A program made the position numbers and the translations under genes. Positions 13,881 to 27,265 of a stretch of DNA of 64,000 nt are shown here, piece after piece; positions within the stretch are counted from its first letter, which is position 1, and each line of letters starts with the position of its first letter. The notes under the pieces were generated by a model. It saw only the letters and a program-made list of their open reading frames with translations, ran no database searches and was not told where the DNA came from. The stretch comes from Bispira polyomma (taxonomy: Eukaryota), in assembly GCA_965649765.1 (NCBI GenBank), contig OZ287752.1, positions 19,964,001 through 20,028,000 on the forward strand. The letters are read 5' to 3'.

Positions 13881-15121
13881 TCATTATGATTTACTCTACG
13901 TTGGACCTTGAAATTGCCTCAGTCTTGTTTTGGCCAAATGACAGAAAACTACGTGCTGAAATGTGCTTCTTATTAACATCTGTAAATAACCATACAAATA
14001 ATTTTCTATGCTTGGACCTCCAACAAACATCATTGTTCTACAGTTTCTCTGAAACAATGTCACTGTACTGTCATGATGGGCACAATGTTTATCATCAGGA
14101 AACTACTTTCACTCATTGAAAGTATATCAAAAGCAAATATATGTTTTATCATATTTCTTATTTGGGGTGGATATTCACACATAATAATGTGTACATATTC
14201 AATTCACCACAAAAGCCGCGTCACTGATGGCCCCTGCCGAGTTGGCCCAATTCTAGTTAAATGTGTTTTAATGTAAAAGTTAACAATTTTTAGGTCCAAG
14301 AAGCAATATTTTCAAGGTTGGAGGGTTTATTCAATTTGATCTACAACTATTCTAAGCCTTGTACTCCTGACCTACAAATATTAGCCGTGTGTTTGTCACA
14401 TCATTCATGATTTGGTGACCAGAGAGTATAAAGTAAATAAAGCATATAAAGTATATTCCCTTAAACAAAAACAATTGTAACAAAATACTGTGTTATTAGA
14501 CTGTTGTACAATATACATGTTGTATATTTGTGACCCCCTAAAAAAAGGACAACCAGGTAGGATGTACATGTAGTGTTGTTACTGTGTTTTCACATCTCAT
14601 GACTCTGAAGTTTTGAGTAATTATCTACAGTAAACTGAGAAAAGTAAAACCCTTGGTAGTATTTTATTTTTGACCACTTTACAACCATTGCACCAAGTGA
14701 ACTGTTCAAACTTCATGTGCATGCTAGATGGAGTTCTATTTGAAATTTGCATGGAAAAAAGGTTTGTGCATGATTGTGTAGAATATATCGGTCAACAAAA
14801 GACTGTCGCACTGTGTCCTTAATGCAAGAAACATCACACTCTTGGTGTAAAACACAACTTTTCTAGTTATTATGTATTATTGTATCACTATACATCTGTT
14901 TTGTAAGTAAAATATTATGGCCCAAACCATAAATGGCTGCCAGGGTATTATTGTTAGTGATTTTAATGTAAGATTGCAAAAGCAGGGTGGCTTATATCCA
15001 ATGTATAAAAAATTGTAGAACTTTATATGTTGGCAAAGTGATATCAAAGGATCGTGGCATAGGTGTACTACACCAGATTTTTAATTCGTTTGACCTGAGG
15101 GTGCTGTTTCAAGCTGGTCTT

Positions 15122-15336
15122 GTGTAGTGGCTAACACACTCCCTTCCTACCTCTGAGGTCGTGGGTTGGAATCTCGGCCATGGCTTTATGTGGGAAGTTG
15201 GCAGTTACTTGATGATGTCTGGTGGTTTACAGTGCAGAATCTGGTCACCTGGTATGCACTGCTTTCCTCCACCAGTGAAACTGACCATTGTGATATAATT
15301 TATACAATGTGTTGAAAGCAACATAACCACAATCAA
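15122..15336 (+). mobile_element. tRNA-derived SINE with 13-bp target-site duplication
   Basis: A-box-like gtgtagtggctaa, B-box-like gggttggaatc, tail caatcaatcaa. TSD tcaagctggtctt at 15109-15121 and 15337-15349. Confidence 0.85.
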
Positions 15337-15789
15337 TCAAGCTGGTCTTATCTGAAATATGACCCTCTTGTGTCCAGTGGAATCTTTGACTTGATTTTAG
15401 GAACTAGAAATGACTAAACCATTCATATTTGGCCCTGTTCTGAGGCCATGTTACATAAATCGTTGCAACTACAAATTTGGCCAAGTTATAGACCTTATTG
15501 GAAAAACCTGTAAAATGTTGATGATATTTACTAAAGGTATTTAAGTCTTACTTTGTCTCAAACCTAAAATGTTGATAGATGGTATTTAAGATTACTGGGT
15601 CTTTGTCTTTACAGTAAGAGCCCAGTTTAAACAAGGAGCTAAACTATCTTATTTCTATTTTTAATAATTTGTGCTTTTTCATAGCCATCTTGTTCTCTAT
15701 TCTGCATATTATTGTTTGGATGAACTGCATGCTTTGATTCCTGCGATAATATCAATGTTATTTTCATAATGAACAATAGGTTTGATTAT

Positions 15790-16738
15790 TGTATCTACCG
15801 ATCCGGTGGATACTTTGGTTTAGCGTTCGCTACGCCGCCGCCCCAGAGAAATTTTCACCGTTAACACTCTCAGCAGAAAACTAGACCAGCTAGCTTCACT
15901 AAATTTGCAGGATATCTTCATTGGGAAGTAAGCTTCTCTGCGACTCAAATTAGCCTCATTCTGAAAAACAAGATGGCCGCCATCAGCATTTCTTTAAAAA
16001 TTATCCACTTTTTTCTACTGGCTGGTTTTCATAACTAGAAGGTTAAATCTCTTCATAGGTGATATGTATAACAGATATATATATCCTCTACAAGCATGCA
16101 GACATTTGACCTTGAAGCTCTTTATTGAAGGTCATCCACGGAGTGCCAAAGTACCCCACATAGCGAACATAAAGAGTGCCTATATCTCCCTTATTATTGG
16201 TCCTAGAGGTTTGGCATTTGGCCTACCTGTATTAAATCATTGGCTAGGAATCTTCCGATGTGGTCAGATTTGACCTTGGGCCCCTCAGTCAAGGTCAAAC
16301 AAGGTATCAAAAAATAAAAGTGCTTATACTCGCTTATTATTGGTCCTAGAGGTTTGCATTGTGAAACCAACTTATAGGTAATCATGGGCTGGGAATCTTC
16401 TGATGTGGTCATATTTGACCTTGGGCCCCTTCATCAAGGTCAGATGAGGGTAGCTTCTGATGTGGTCAGGTTTGAACCCTCCATCAAGGTCAAATGACAA
16501 TAGTCAAACTTAAAAGTGCTTATAACTTTTTTATTATTGGTCCTACAGGTTTCCAATGTGAAACCAACTTGTAGGTAATCATGGGCTGACAATCTCCTAA
16601 TGTGGTTAAATTTGACCTTGGGCCCCTCCTTCAAGGTCAGACAAGGGTAGCCATAGCTTGGATGCTTCCTACCTAGGGTGTTCTGTCTTTATGGTGGATA
16701 CAAATATGCATTGGCTCTCCGATGCGCCAGTTCTAGTT
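15790..16738 (+). mobile_element. HINE-like family A copy 2
   Basis: 5' hairpin gtatctaccg-atc-cggtggatac, (gcc)n, about 3-4 monomers, 3' ggtggataca, hairpin and ctagtt. Confidence 0.75.
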
Positions 16739-17173
16739 ATTTATAGAATTGTAAATTACTGTGCATCACGAACGCTTGTATTTCGGGTGAAGATAGACAT
16801 GGATTGTGCTCCTAAGTGGTATTTTTGTTCCATGTCTATCATTAATAATCCAATTTTGTATCTTTACATGCTTTGTGTTACAAGCCTAAATTGCAAAAAC
16901 ATATACAGCACCTTTTCAATTCATCAAATCAAAAGATTTCTAATTATACCTTAAATGAGATGTCCAATTTTATTGTACAACTCTTTCAAATTGTGCAAGA
17001 AATGTACAAAATGTATTCCATCGTATTCCTATCATTTATTGTGTCAATCGATAAAATAGTTGTAATAATTATTACAGCACATTGATATTTGCACGACTTG
17101 CGTAGATTGCTAAATAATTCACCTTGTGATTACTTTGCATGCCTTTAAAGCTCCTAAATCCTGTGTTTTTCAG

Positions 17174-17206
17174 AGATGACGACGACCACGACTGAGTCCA
17201 CCACAG
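17174..17206 (+). CDS. Microexon 1, 33 nt, phase 1-1: (E)MTTTTTESTT
   Basis: cctgtgtttttcag|AGATGACGACGACCACGACTGAGTCCACCACAG|gtattt. Confidence 0.8.
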
Positions 17207-17407
17207 GTATTTAAGTGTTAATGGAGCTTTGATTTTGTAGCTATTTCAATTAAAGCTTACCCCTTCTACTCAGTAATGTCTGTGTATTTAACTCTCTGAG
17301 GTGTGTTGTCTGTAGCTTTTTAGTCTGGCTATATATTTGTGGCTTGAGTCTATCTATGTGTAACTGTGCTAATACTAATACTATTCTCCTATTTTATTAA
17401 TCGTTCC

Positions 17408-19562
17408 TTTAGCACCCCTAGTTTCCTCGCTGCCGCCACTGCCCGTGCCGCCGCCGCCACATGGTCTTTTTTGAATATCTCCGTCAATATTTTCTGCATC
17501 AAAATTATTAATGGAAATTATCTTAACCAGGAGTGGGAAATTTTTTTTTAAAATTCTTAGATTTGAACTTTGGCCTACTTAAATGTCAGGTGACCCTGGG
17601 AATGTAAAAGTGCTTTTCACTAGGTTTTCTCAACAAGTATTTGTCATAGTTCAATGAAATTTGGCATGTACCTTGGTAAGGCAATTTTCTAGATGGGAGA
17701 CGCTGTTGAGATTAATTGGATCATAATTGGCTGATTGCCGACCCATTGATTTTTCTTTGAAATGCCCAAAATCGGTACTTTTTTGCTGTCTCGGTAACTA
17801 TTGAGATTTCGGCTTTTTCTTGCTGTAAATTATTCATCTACTTTTGGATTTTATGTATTGTGTTATAATCTCATGTTTTTAAGTGTAATACCTTATGAGA
17901 AACCCAGTACTTCAAATGAGTATTTTGCTCTATTTTGCTCTGTCTTGCACTTTTATTAACTTTTCTTTTGAAGTACTTCTCATAGTTCCATGAAATTTGG
18001 CATGCATATTGCAAATACTAAAACAGACATGACTGAAAATTTTTAGATCAATCTGGTCATAATTGACTGATTGACAGGGTCAATCAATCCTACAAAATGG
18101 GATAAAAAAAAAGTGTTGATGGGGGTTGTTTCTAAAACTCGGAGCTCCATACGGAGCTCCGTCACGTAGGTAAAATCGCCTAAAATCGCCTAGATCTTGG
18201 GAGGTAGCTCCGTACGGAGGTAAAATCGCCCAAAATCGCCTAAATCTTGGGAGGTAGCTCTTAAATCGCCCAAATCTTGGGAGGTAGCTCTAAAATCGCC
18301 CAAATCTTGGGAGATAGCTTGAAAATTGCCTAAATTTTGAGAGGTAATTTATAAGGAATTAATTTCATAATTAATAATTTATTTTATAATTAATCTCATA
18401 ATTAATTTTATAATTAATGAATGTATTATTATATGCTTTGTGGATTATAATATACAGTCTAGGATTTAATTTTGTATTATGTATTTTTATATGTAGTATT
18501 ATATTTATATTTGTTCTTCATTCGATTTGGGAATTATATAATATACAGTATAGGAATTATTTTTTTTTTCATATTATTCTCCATATTTATTTAGTCTATA
18601 TTGTCCTAGAGCCATTTTAGAGCTACCTCCCAAGATTTAGGCGATTTTTAAGCTACCTCCCAAGATTTAGGCGATTTTCAAGCTACCTCCCAAGATTTAG
18701 GCAATTTTCAAGCTACCTCCGTGGATTCAGGCGATTTTAGGCGATTTTAGAGCCACCTCCCAAGATTTAGGCGATTTTAGGCGATTTTTACCTCCCTGTA
18801 CAAAGTGCATTAGGCGATTTTAGGCGATTTCTCCGTCACGGAGGCGATCGCCCCCGAGTTTTAGTATTAACCGTTGATGGGGGCTTTTTTCAGCGACTGG
18901 GGGTTTTATATATATTGAATTTTAGAATTTTTGAGTAAGTTTTTCAGAAAAGCCTCAATTTTTATTTATTTTTACCACTTCCAAAAATATGCGATCGTTA
19001 CTGATATACAATGATTTAAATTTTAAAAATGTCAAAGCTTCAGTGTTTTTTCAAAACGTCTGTTATCTCAGAAACGGTGCTAGATAAAGCGATTTCTAGC
19101 TCACTTTCGATCCACAGAAAAAGATTCTGTTTATATGTCAACTTTTTAAAAAATTTCTGATTTTGGTGGCCATCTTGAATTTCTGCGTCTTTTTTGGAAA
19201 CGTCTGTTATCTCGGAAACGGTGCTAGCTAAAGCGATTTATAGCTCTTTTTCGACCCACAGGGCAAATTCTGTTTATATGTTAACTTTTAAAAGAATTTC
19301 GGATTTTGGCGGCCAAACGGAAACGGTGCTAGATAGAGTGATTTGGAGCTCATTTTCGATCCACAGGGCAGAGCGTCTTTTTCGAAAACAACCATTATCT
19401 CGGAAACACTGCTAGATACAGCAATTTTGAGCTCATTTTCAACCTCATTTTTAATCCACCGGCCTTATTCTGCTTATGTCAACTTTTCAAAAAAATTTAC
19501 CTTCATTATTATTTCAACTTCAGGGACGCTTCGTTTTTGTTATCCAAAACTGTTTTCTAGTT
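17408..19562 (+). mobile_element. HINE-like element (different family) hosting a nested foldback MITE
   Basis: 5' (gcc)n microsatellite at ~17430-17460, internal tandem monomers containing tctcggaaacggtgctagata.agcgattt (19050-19440), 3' end ...gttttctagtt. Confidence 0.55.
18124..18872. mobile_element. Foldback/Mutator-like MITE with 9-bp TSD
   Basis: TSD gttgatggg at 18115-18123 and 18873-18881. TIRs ggttgtttctaaaactcgg / ccgagttttagtattaacc. Arms are tandem aaatcgcctaaatcttgggaggtagc repeats and their reverse complement, around an AT-rich spacer. Confidence 0.85.
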
Positions 19563-20075
19563 TCACTTCACATACTTTCCAATACTGCTGGTATTTTATT
19601 CCATTTTACTTCATTTTGGCTAATTTTACACAAATAGCCACTTTTCAATAGATTTTCTTGTTTTTAGCGTTGTGTAAACATGGATAGGTGATATATCCAG
19701 AAGTTTAAAAATATGTTTCAATGTGTATAAAATAACCAGGCTTAGCATAGAAGTTTCATTTATATTTGTATATAGCAAATTTCTTGATGAATATTTGTTA
19801 GGAAAACAATAAGAAACATCAATTGTACAATACAACATCATCCTATTTAAATCTCTGTTTTTTTAACTCAATTTCACCTTTTCAAATTTGTCAAATATCC
19901 CTTCTTTTTAATGATTTTTTTTTAAATGTTTCATCACATTTACCAAGGATTTTGGATAACAGAAGTTCTACTGTATTTAGTCAAAGTATGAGTAGAGCTT
20001 TACAAAGCTATATGCTATGTCAAATGTAAATTAAGTTAGATCTTTTTTGATCCTCAATGCCTGATGTGTCACTTA

Positions 20076-20758
20076 GCCTGCGCTTCCTTTCAGCATGTTT
20101 TTATCGGCCGATGTCGGCCGACGTCGGCCGATTTTTTCCCTCATTATACAATATTACCAAGTGCTTCCTTTCAGCAGATTTGCATCAGATCAGATTTGTT
20201 TTGCCAACAGTTTTTATATGTCAGGGAGCGAAAAAATCGGGAGGACTGTCCGATTTTGAGGCAAAAGTGGACAAAATAAACTGTCATAGGTATAGTTTTC
20301 ATCCAATAAATACTCAATATTCGTCGGATGTTAAAGTTGAAAATGGCATGAGAAAGCTTATTTTATTGTGATTACTGTGCTTTTTTCGAAACGGCTCAGA
20401 TATTTAAGCTTATAGAAGGGTACCCTATTTAACTTTCCCTTCTACAGTGAATAATATGTCACAGTGACGTTATAATGACGTCAGGTTTGTAGCTACGTCA
20501 CAGCTTATACATGAAGAAGTAAAAATGGATGCCCTTTTTTAACTGTATATATCTCAGTCGTTTCTAAACGATTTTTTGTGGAAAAAGAAGCACATTAACC
20601 ACAATAAAATAGGCTTTCTCCTGCCATTTTCACCTTCTACATCCCACAGATTTTAAGTATATATCTGATGAAAGGAAGCGCTACATCGGCCGACGTTGGA
20701 TCGGATCGGGCACCTTCAAATCGGCCGACGTCGGAATGTGCTGAAAGGAAGCGTAGAC
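20076..20758. mobile_element. MITE with ~20-bp TIRs (TA or TWA target)
   Basis: Left tta-gcctgcgcttcctttcagca, right tgctgaaaggaagcgtagac-taa. Internal tcggccgacgtcgg palindromes near both ends. Confidence 0.8.
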
Positions 20759-20944
20759 TAATTTTCTCCTTCAGGCTGTAAGAAAAATTACCTATTAGTA
20801 CTAATACCCCTGATGCTAACAAATCTATTACTTTCTGGCTAAAACATTGTGAGTTTTTCTTTCACACTGATTTTTATATTACAAAACTTTTGCTGAAAGT
20901 CGTCACCATTCATAGTGTATATGTTACAGTCAATCTGTGAAACC

Positions 20945-21053
20945 AGTCATTATGCGTAATGACTAAAACTTACTCATTTCATGTAATGCCTGAAACCACC
21001 AGTCATTACGCGTAATGACTAAAATTTCCAGTCATTACGCGTAATGACTGGAA
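20945..21053. repeat. Cluster of three 20-28-bp palindromes (agtcattacgcgtaatgact)
   Basis: Copies at 20945-20964 (one mismatch), 21001-21020 (perfect) and 21026-21053 (perfect 28-bp ttccagtcattacgcgtaatgactggaa). Confidence 0.85.
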
Positions 21054-23541
21054 TTATGGTAGACGGTTATTATACAGGAAGCACACATTGATGGTTGTTT
21101 ATTGACCAAGTTACTTTAAACTGGTATGTTTTGCAAAGTTTTGTATATAAAAACGTTGATTATGAGAAATTTGTGATCCTTTGTTCATGATATTTGTTCT
21201 TGTATTTGCAAAAATAATCTTTCAGAGATATTTGAAAAGTTAGGGATGGGCGTTTGCGCGAGCATAGGCGATATCGATATGTCACATGATTTGTTTTTAT
21301 AATGTCAGCTGTGTTTGGGTCACTAACTTGTGTCCTGGATGTTTATCTAATTGTTACAGAATATATGCCTGGATTTTTAAACATATGTGTCTCAGGGTTG
21401 AGAAAAACCCGGGTTTTATGAGTATTGCCTAGCCTTGCCCAAGATTATGTCTAAGTAGGTGATTAGGCACTTTGTGAGGTAATTTTTTTGTCTGGATTTA
21501 GATCTCAGGAAATACTGGCCACAGGAAGTTATATGATAGAAATACTCATTGAAAGTCCTAGTTGTACCTCATGATCTTTGACTTTTAGTTATGACCTTGA
21601 CCATTAAAATGTTCTCCAGATGATAATGATGAACCTTTTTAAATCAAATCTTAAGTGACTAGGAGAAATATCTCTACTTAAGCAGGATTTCCACTTAACA
21701 GGCTAGCTTTTAAAGGAATATTATCCGCTGTTTTGGGACTGTAACTTTTCTCCACAAATTAGGAATTGAATTAGCAGTGTTCTACCTAATAGGGTTTGAC
21801 TGTATATTGTAAAGTACTTGTCGCAGCAAGTTTGGTACAAATGCAATGCCACCTGTCATGTCATGATCTGATCTCATTCTGACAATTGAACTCGGAAGTA
21901 TGACCTTCTCACAGCAACTTTACCTTCAACAAACATTTGTTCAATGTTGTGGTCTGGCCTCATTTTCACCTTTTACCTTCAAAGATCTTGTCTACATTTG
22001 TTTCAATAACTGCTCTTCACAGGAAATTTACATATGTTCGGGGTGTAGAGGTGCAATATCATGCTTTTATCTTATTTCATTTTGTTAATGACCTTGACCT
22101 AACAACACTTGTTCCGTCTATATCTTATTAGCTATCATATTGGGTATAACCGAACAAAAATAGTTTTTATGTGAAACCGTCATAATATTTATTCATTGTG
22201 TAATTTGTATGTGTAATTATAAGACATTCTGTCTTTGTTGCTGTAGAATTTCTGGGTTAGTGTTCATGAAAAGGGAAACCTGTTGTTTTATCCGGTGCTC
22301 AGACTACAGGCTGTAGGGAGTGCAAAGAGAAAGGTTTAATTTCAATGTTTTTCTTCAGACTACTGCACTGATGTATTTGTCAACTGCATGTAGAATTGAT
22401 TAAAAGAAACTTTTTTGACAAATTATGGACATGTAAACTGCTATTTCAAGTCTCATAATATAGCTCTCCAGCAAATTATTATTTTTACAGACATGTTATA
22501 GGACATTATGAATCCATCAATCTCACATTTGTGCAGACCTTTTATAGGGCATTATATCAATCCATCAATCTGCCAGGTTTGAGTGCATAATGTATACTTA
22601 ATATATCAGATAATAACTAGCTACTACACATGTGCTTTAGATTGAGTGACCCATAAAAGTCACACAATCAGACTTCAATATCTCCTCCTAGGAGATTATG
22701 TTTCTTGTCCATGTTCGTCATTTTGTTTCTTTTTACAAGGAATAGTGTACGTTTCCATATCGTCAATTGGCGATGGCGATCAGCTGACGTTCGACAAGCA
22801 ATTGGCAATTTTTATGTGTCCATAGAGTTATTTAACAAAAATGGATCCTATATTTAAACCTAAATATTTTAGCCATTTCTCAACCCATTTTGATGCAATA
22901 AAAAGCACAATCAACCCAATAAAATAAGCTTTCTAACCATATTTTTGCAAAATTTGTAATTAATAAAGAATCGGCAATCAGCAAATTTTGCAGTCAGGAT
23001 CCGGATCTAGTGATTTTCTTTACTTTTTTATGGCCTTGGAAATGGTATGCACTCAGTGCCCTTAGTCTAGTTCATGTATGAAAATATATTACTTGAGTAA
23101 AGGACACCACATTCCCCTGATAAGTGTTACAATGTTTATGTATCAGTGACAGATTATAAGGACTAGATTCTAGATTCCTTAGGGTTTTGAGCCATTGAGG
23201 TTTTGTCCATAAACCTATAATGAAAAATCCTTTCAAGTAGAACTTGGTTTAGTCAATTTCCCTTGGATGTTTAGAAAATGCTGTAGTCCTACTAGGCCCT
23301 TTCTGTTTTAACATCAACCCTGTTAAGTAGAAATCCAGTGTTTCACCTGAATTCTTGAGGTTCTACTTAAAGGGGCTGGACTATCTATATGGGCTGCTAG
23401 TGTTCCCTTTTAAGGTTCTTAAAAACAAACAATTGTATATACTAATTTTTGTTGATGTACTATATTCTCTCCGTGGACAAATCTTTGATTTTATATTTGA
23501 ATAGAAGGACTAGTTCAAACTGTCCACTGTTTTTATTACAG

Positions 23542-23574
23542 AAACAACTGTCACTTCAGGGGTTACAAATACAG
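23542..23574 (+). CDS. Microexon 2, 33 nt, phase 1-1: (E)TTVTSGVTNT
   Basis: gtttttattacag|AAACAACTGTCACTTCAGGGGTTACAAATACAG|gtaaca. Confidence 0.8.
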
Positions 23575-24779
23575 GTAACAAATACTCTTAACACATATAT
23601 ACACAAATATGATATAATCATTTTCCAAAGAGATTTGTTTTTCTTCCCTCTTTCAGACTGGCAATATGTATATAGTGTACTGTGTCCCTCAAGATACAGA
23701 CTCTTGTCTCCAATGTACATGTATATCCTTGTGTGTATTAATACTGTATAAGTGGGAATTTTAGCTGGAAGAAAATTTCACTTAAATTTACAATTCTTCA
23801 AGAAATTTGCTGTATATAACTGCATATTCACTACAGTTGCAGATTAAAATACAAATTTTATTTTTACTTGGAATTAATTTTTACTACTTCAGGTCACCTA
23901 AACTTTAAAATAAGTAAAATTACTTCAGAGTGAAACTTTCCACTTGTGCAGCATGTTTAGGTGTATAGAAATATATATGATATATATAGTCAAGTTGTTT
24001 GCATGCATATTCTTAGGAAGACTTCTCACTATTCTAGACTTTTGCATGGCCTCTTAGCATAATATGAATAGTCATTTATTATGACACTATAAGGAATATT
24101 GACATGAAAATTAATGAATAAGCCCAGACAAACTATGAATATATGGTAAGTTGACCACGATTAAAAGGTGTTTCTACGCTTCAAACAGTGGTAATTTGCC
24201 TTATATCCAAGGTTTGGAATGGGTTATTACAATTGTAACATGACATACAGTCAAACCCCTTTACGTAGAACTCTGATAAGTGGAATTACATGCTAAGTAG
24301 AAGTTATTGAAAGGTTTTATGTTAAGTATAACAATTTTTTATGGTCCCTTCAGATACGACTATATTAAGGGTTCCACTATATTAAAATTAATACCTAAAT
24401 CTTTAAAAAAAAAAAGCAATTAAATGGTGTTACTGGAGCGTAAGAAAAAGTATGGAATAAACAGTCTCGAAAATTCAGATGTAGTCCTAGAATTTACCAT
24501 GTTCTTGAGCCTGAACCAGAATCGGCAACACAAGCATATCAGGTTAGAATCTGTAATATACAGTAGGATGGTTCAAATGCATTAAGTTTGTACTATATGT
24601 ACCTCTACTTAAGTAGGAGATACACTTAACAGGGTAGATTTTAAAAGAAAAGGCAATTGTGTTACATAAGTAATGCTCTTTAAGGGAGTTTGACAATACT
24701 AACTTTTCTCTACTGGATAATTATTCATAGGGTTCCCGTCCCCCAACCCCCCCGACCCTACCCCCCTCCTTCAGGACAT

Positions 24780-25390
24780 TTTATTTTGGTGGTATGGTGT
24801 CCCATTTGGGTTTCCGCTCAATTAAAGAAAAAGTATTGCGGCTATCTTTACCAAATGTAATACATGAGTTTATCATGGGTTATCATAATAGTTTGCTTGG
24901 GGCTGATTTTGGAGCCATTCCGAAAAAAACAAAAGGGCCTCCATTGATTTCAATGTAAATACTGTTTTTGCTCATTTAAAGGAAACATATTGCAGCTATC
25001 TTCACCAAATTTAAATCATGTTTTTTTCAAGGGAAAATGTTACTTGCGATTGATTTTGGGCCTGTTCTGAAAAACGAAATGTCTGCCGTTGACCTTAACA
25101 TGGAAACTGTTTCCGCTCATTTAAAGGAAAAGTATTGCAGCAATGTTTATCAAAGTCAATACATGGGTTTATTAAGGGTACAGCTCCATTGAGATTAATT
25201 TTGGGACTTGCCGAAAACAAAATGGCCGCTGTTGACATTATTGTGAAAGTGGTTTCCACCCATTTAAAGAAAACATATTAGAGCTATCGCCCCAAATTTA
25301 ATGCATGAGTATAGCTTGGGATCGATTATATTTCGTTTTTTTTTACATTGTCTAAAAGGGGGAAAGGCAAGCTAGGGGTTGGGGACATTT
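24780..25390 (+). repeat. Family B-related array element (about 4 monomers)
   Basis: Recurring tttccgctcatttaaaggaaaagtattgcagctatcttcaccaaattt...gattttggg...aaaatggccgc. Confidence 0.6.
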
Positions 25391-26079
25391 ACACACTGAT
25401 AATGTGCACATTTTTCCCATAGAAACGTATGCTAATTCTGATAGTCTGCATCAAAGTATGACCCGTTTCTGTATGGCCCCCTCTGAGTTGGCGCCATCTA
25501 GTTTGTTTTACAATGGTATTGTTTTCACCCGGGTCGTCCAAATAACGGAGCGGGTGAGCGATGACAGTCAAAGTTTGTTCAGACTACTTATCTCAGACAC
25601 CATGAGGTAGAATAAGTTCAAATATTGCACTAATATTCACTGGGGGATGTAGGTGTACAACATCATGGTGTGACCTTTGACCTTCAAGCAATCGGACCTT
25701 GACTTTGAACGTCTTGTCTTGAAAATCTTATTTTGCCTATTTGTCAAACACCTTGAGGCGGAGTCAGCTCATATTTGCTACAAATTTATGAGTTTAGGTA
25801 TGCAAGGTCATTGTCTGACCATATTTTTACATCTGACCTTGAAATAATGACCCCCAGCTCAAATAATCTTGTTTGGATTATATATTGGAAACTAATTTGA
25901 ATTCTGATTCTTTTATTCATCAGGGCATGTTTGTACATGTGCAAACTCATGAGCTGATCTTATTTTGCCCTTTGATCGCGGAATAATTACCTTGACCTGA
26001 TTTTTTTTCAGGACCAGTATTTCTTAGAGAGTAATTCCTAATCCCACATGTAGAATGAATTATGTAAACTTATTATTAA

Positions 26080-27265
26080 GTGTCCCGTAAGAGCGCTCGT
26101 TTGTATATAGGAGAAAAATTTACGTGTTTTTGGTCAGGCGACTTCTCTGATTGGTTGAAATTGGGCGGATTCTTTTCAAATTTGGCATATGTGTGCAGTA
26201 GCCCTGGGAAAATTTTTTCAATATGGCGTCATCATATTTCGACCAATCAGAGAAGTCACATGACCAAAAACACGTTTTTTAAAGGCGTGTGCTTGTCCGG
26301 AGGATAACTTACAATGCACTTTACCTATTCTCATGAAATTTGGCAAGTAGGTTTCTTATATAGATGTCTGGAAGTAGATAACTTTGGTAAGTCATCCGAT
26401 ACAAAATAGCCAATTTATTAACGATTAATTTAACGTTAAGAGTTTTCGAAACAAAGAAAATGAAAAATCCTTAACATCTCGGAAACGGTGCGAGATAGAG
26501 TGATTCCGGCTAAATTTTGGGCCCAGAAGGTATACGCAGTCATCTGCAACTTTTTAAAAATTTTGAAAAATTCAAAAATGCGTTTTCGGCTGAATTTTGG
26601 GCCCGCAGGGTATACGCAGTAATCTGGAACTTTTCCAAAATTTTTTATAAAATTCAATTTTTTTTATTGCAATTTTTTGGGTGATAACATTTTTTTAAAA
26701 AAATATTTTTTTTGGTCATAAAATTTTTTTTTTTTTTTTATTTTTTTTAGGATCATAAATTTTTTTTTTTTGGCAATACTTTTTGGAGTCATAAAATAAT
26801 TTTTTTTTGCAATATTTTTTGGGGTCATAAAATATATTTTTTTCGCAATATTTTTTGGGGTCAGAAAATTCTTTTGCAATATTTTTTGGGTTCATAAAAC
26901 TTTTTTTTGGCAATATTTTTTGGAGTCATAAAATTCTTTTTTTGGGGTCATAAAATTTTTTTATTGCAATATTTTTGTGGGAGTCATAAAATTTTTTTTT
27001 TGCAATATTTTTTGGGGTCATAAAATATTTTTTTTGCAATCCTTTTTGGACTCATACAATTTTTTTTTTTAATTTTTTTGGGTCATAAAATTTTTTTTTT
27101 GGCCATATTTTTTGGCGTCATGAAATATTTTTTTTTTTGCAATACTTTTTGGGGTCATATTTTTTCTTTAAATTTTTTTTGGGTAATAACATTTTTTTTT
27201 AAAAAAAAATCGCTCTCACCATTTTTGGCAGCCAACTTGAATTTCTGCGTTAAACACAAAAATGT
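26080..27265 (+). mobile_element. Array-bearing element with an internal T-rich ~31-33-bp minisatellite (26660-27200)
   Basis: Repeated ttttggggtcataaaa(t)nGCAATA units. Flanks share ctcggaaacggtgcgagatagag and ttggc.gcca.cttgaatttctgcg with 19050-19340. Confidence 0.6.

Noticed and set aside
15122-15200. tRNA gene
   Set aside because: No complete cloverleaf. It is followed by a SINE body, a simple-repeat tail and a TSD.
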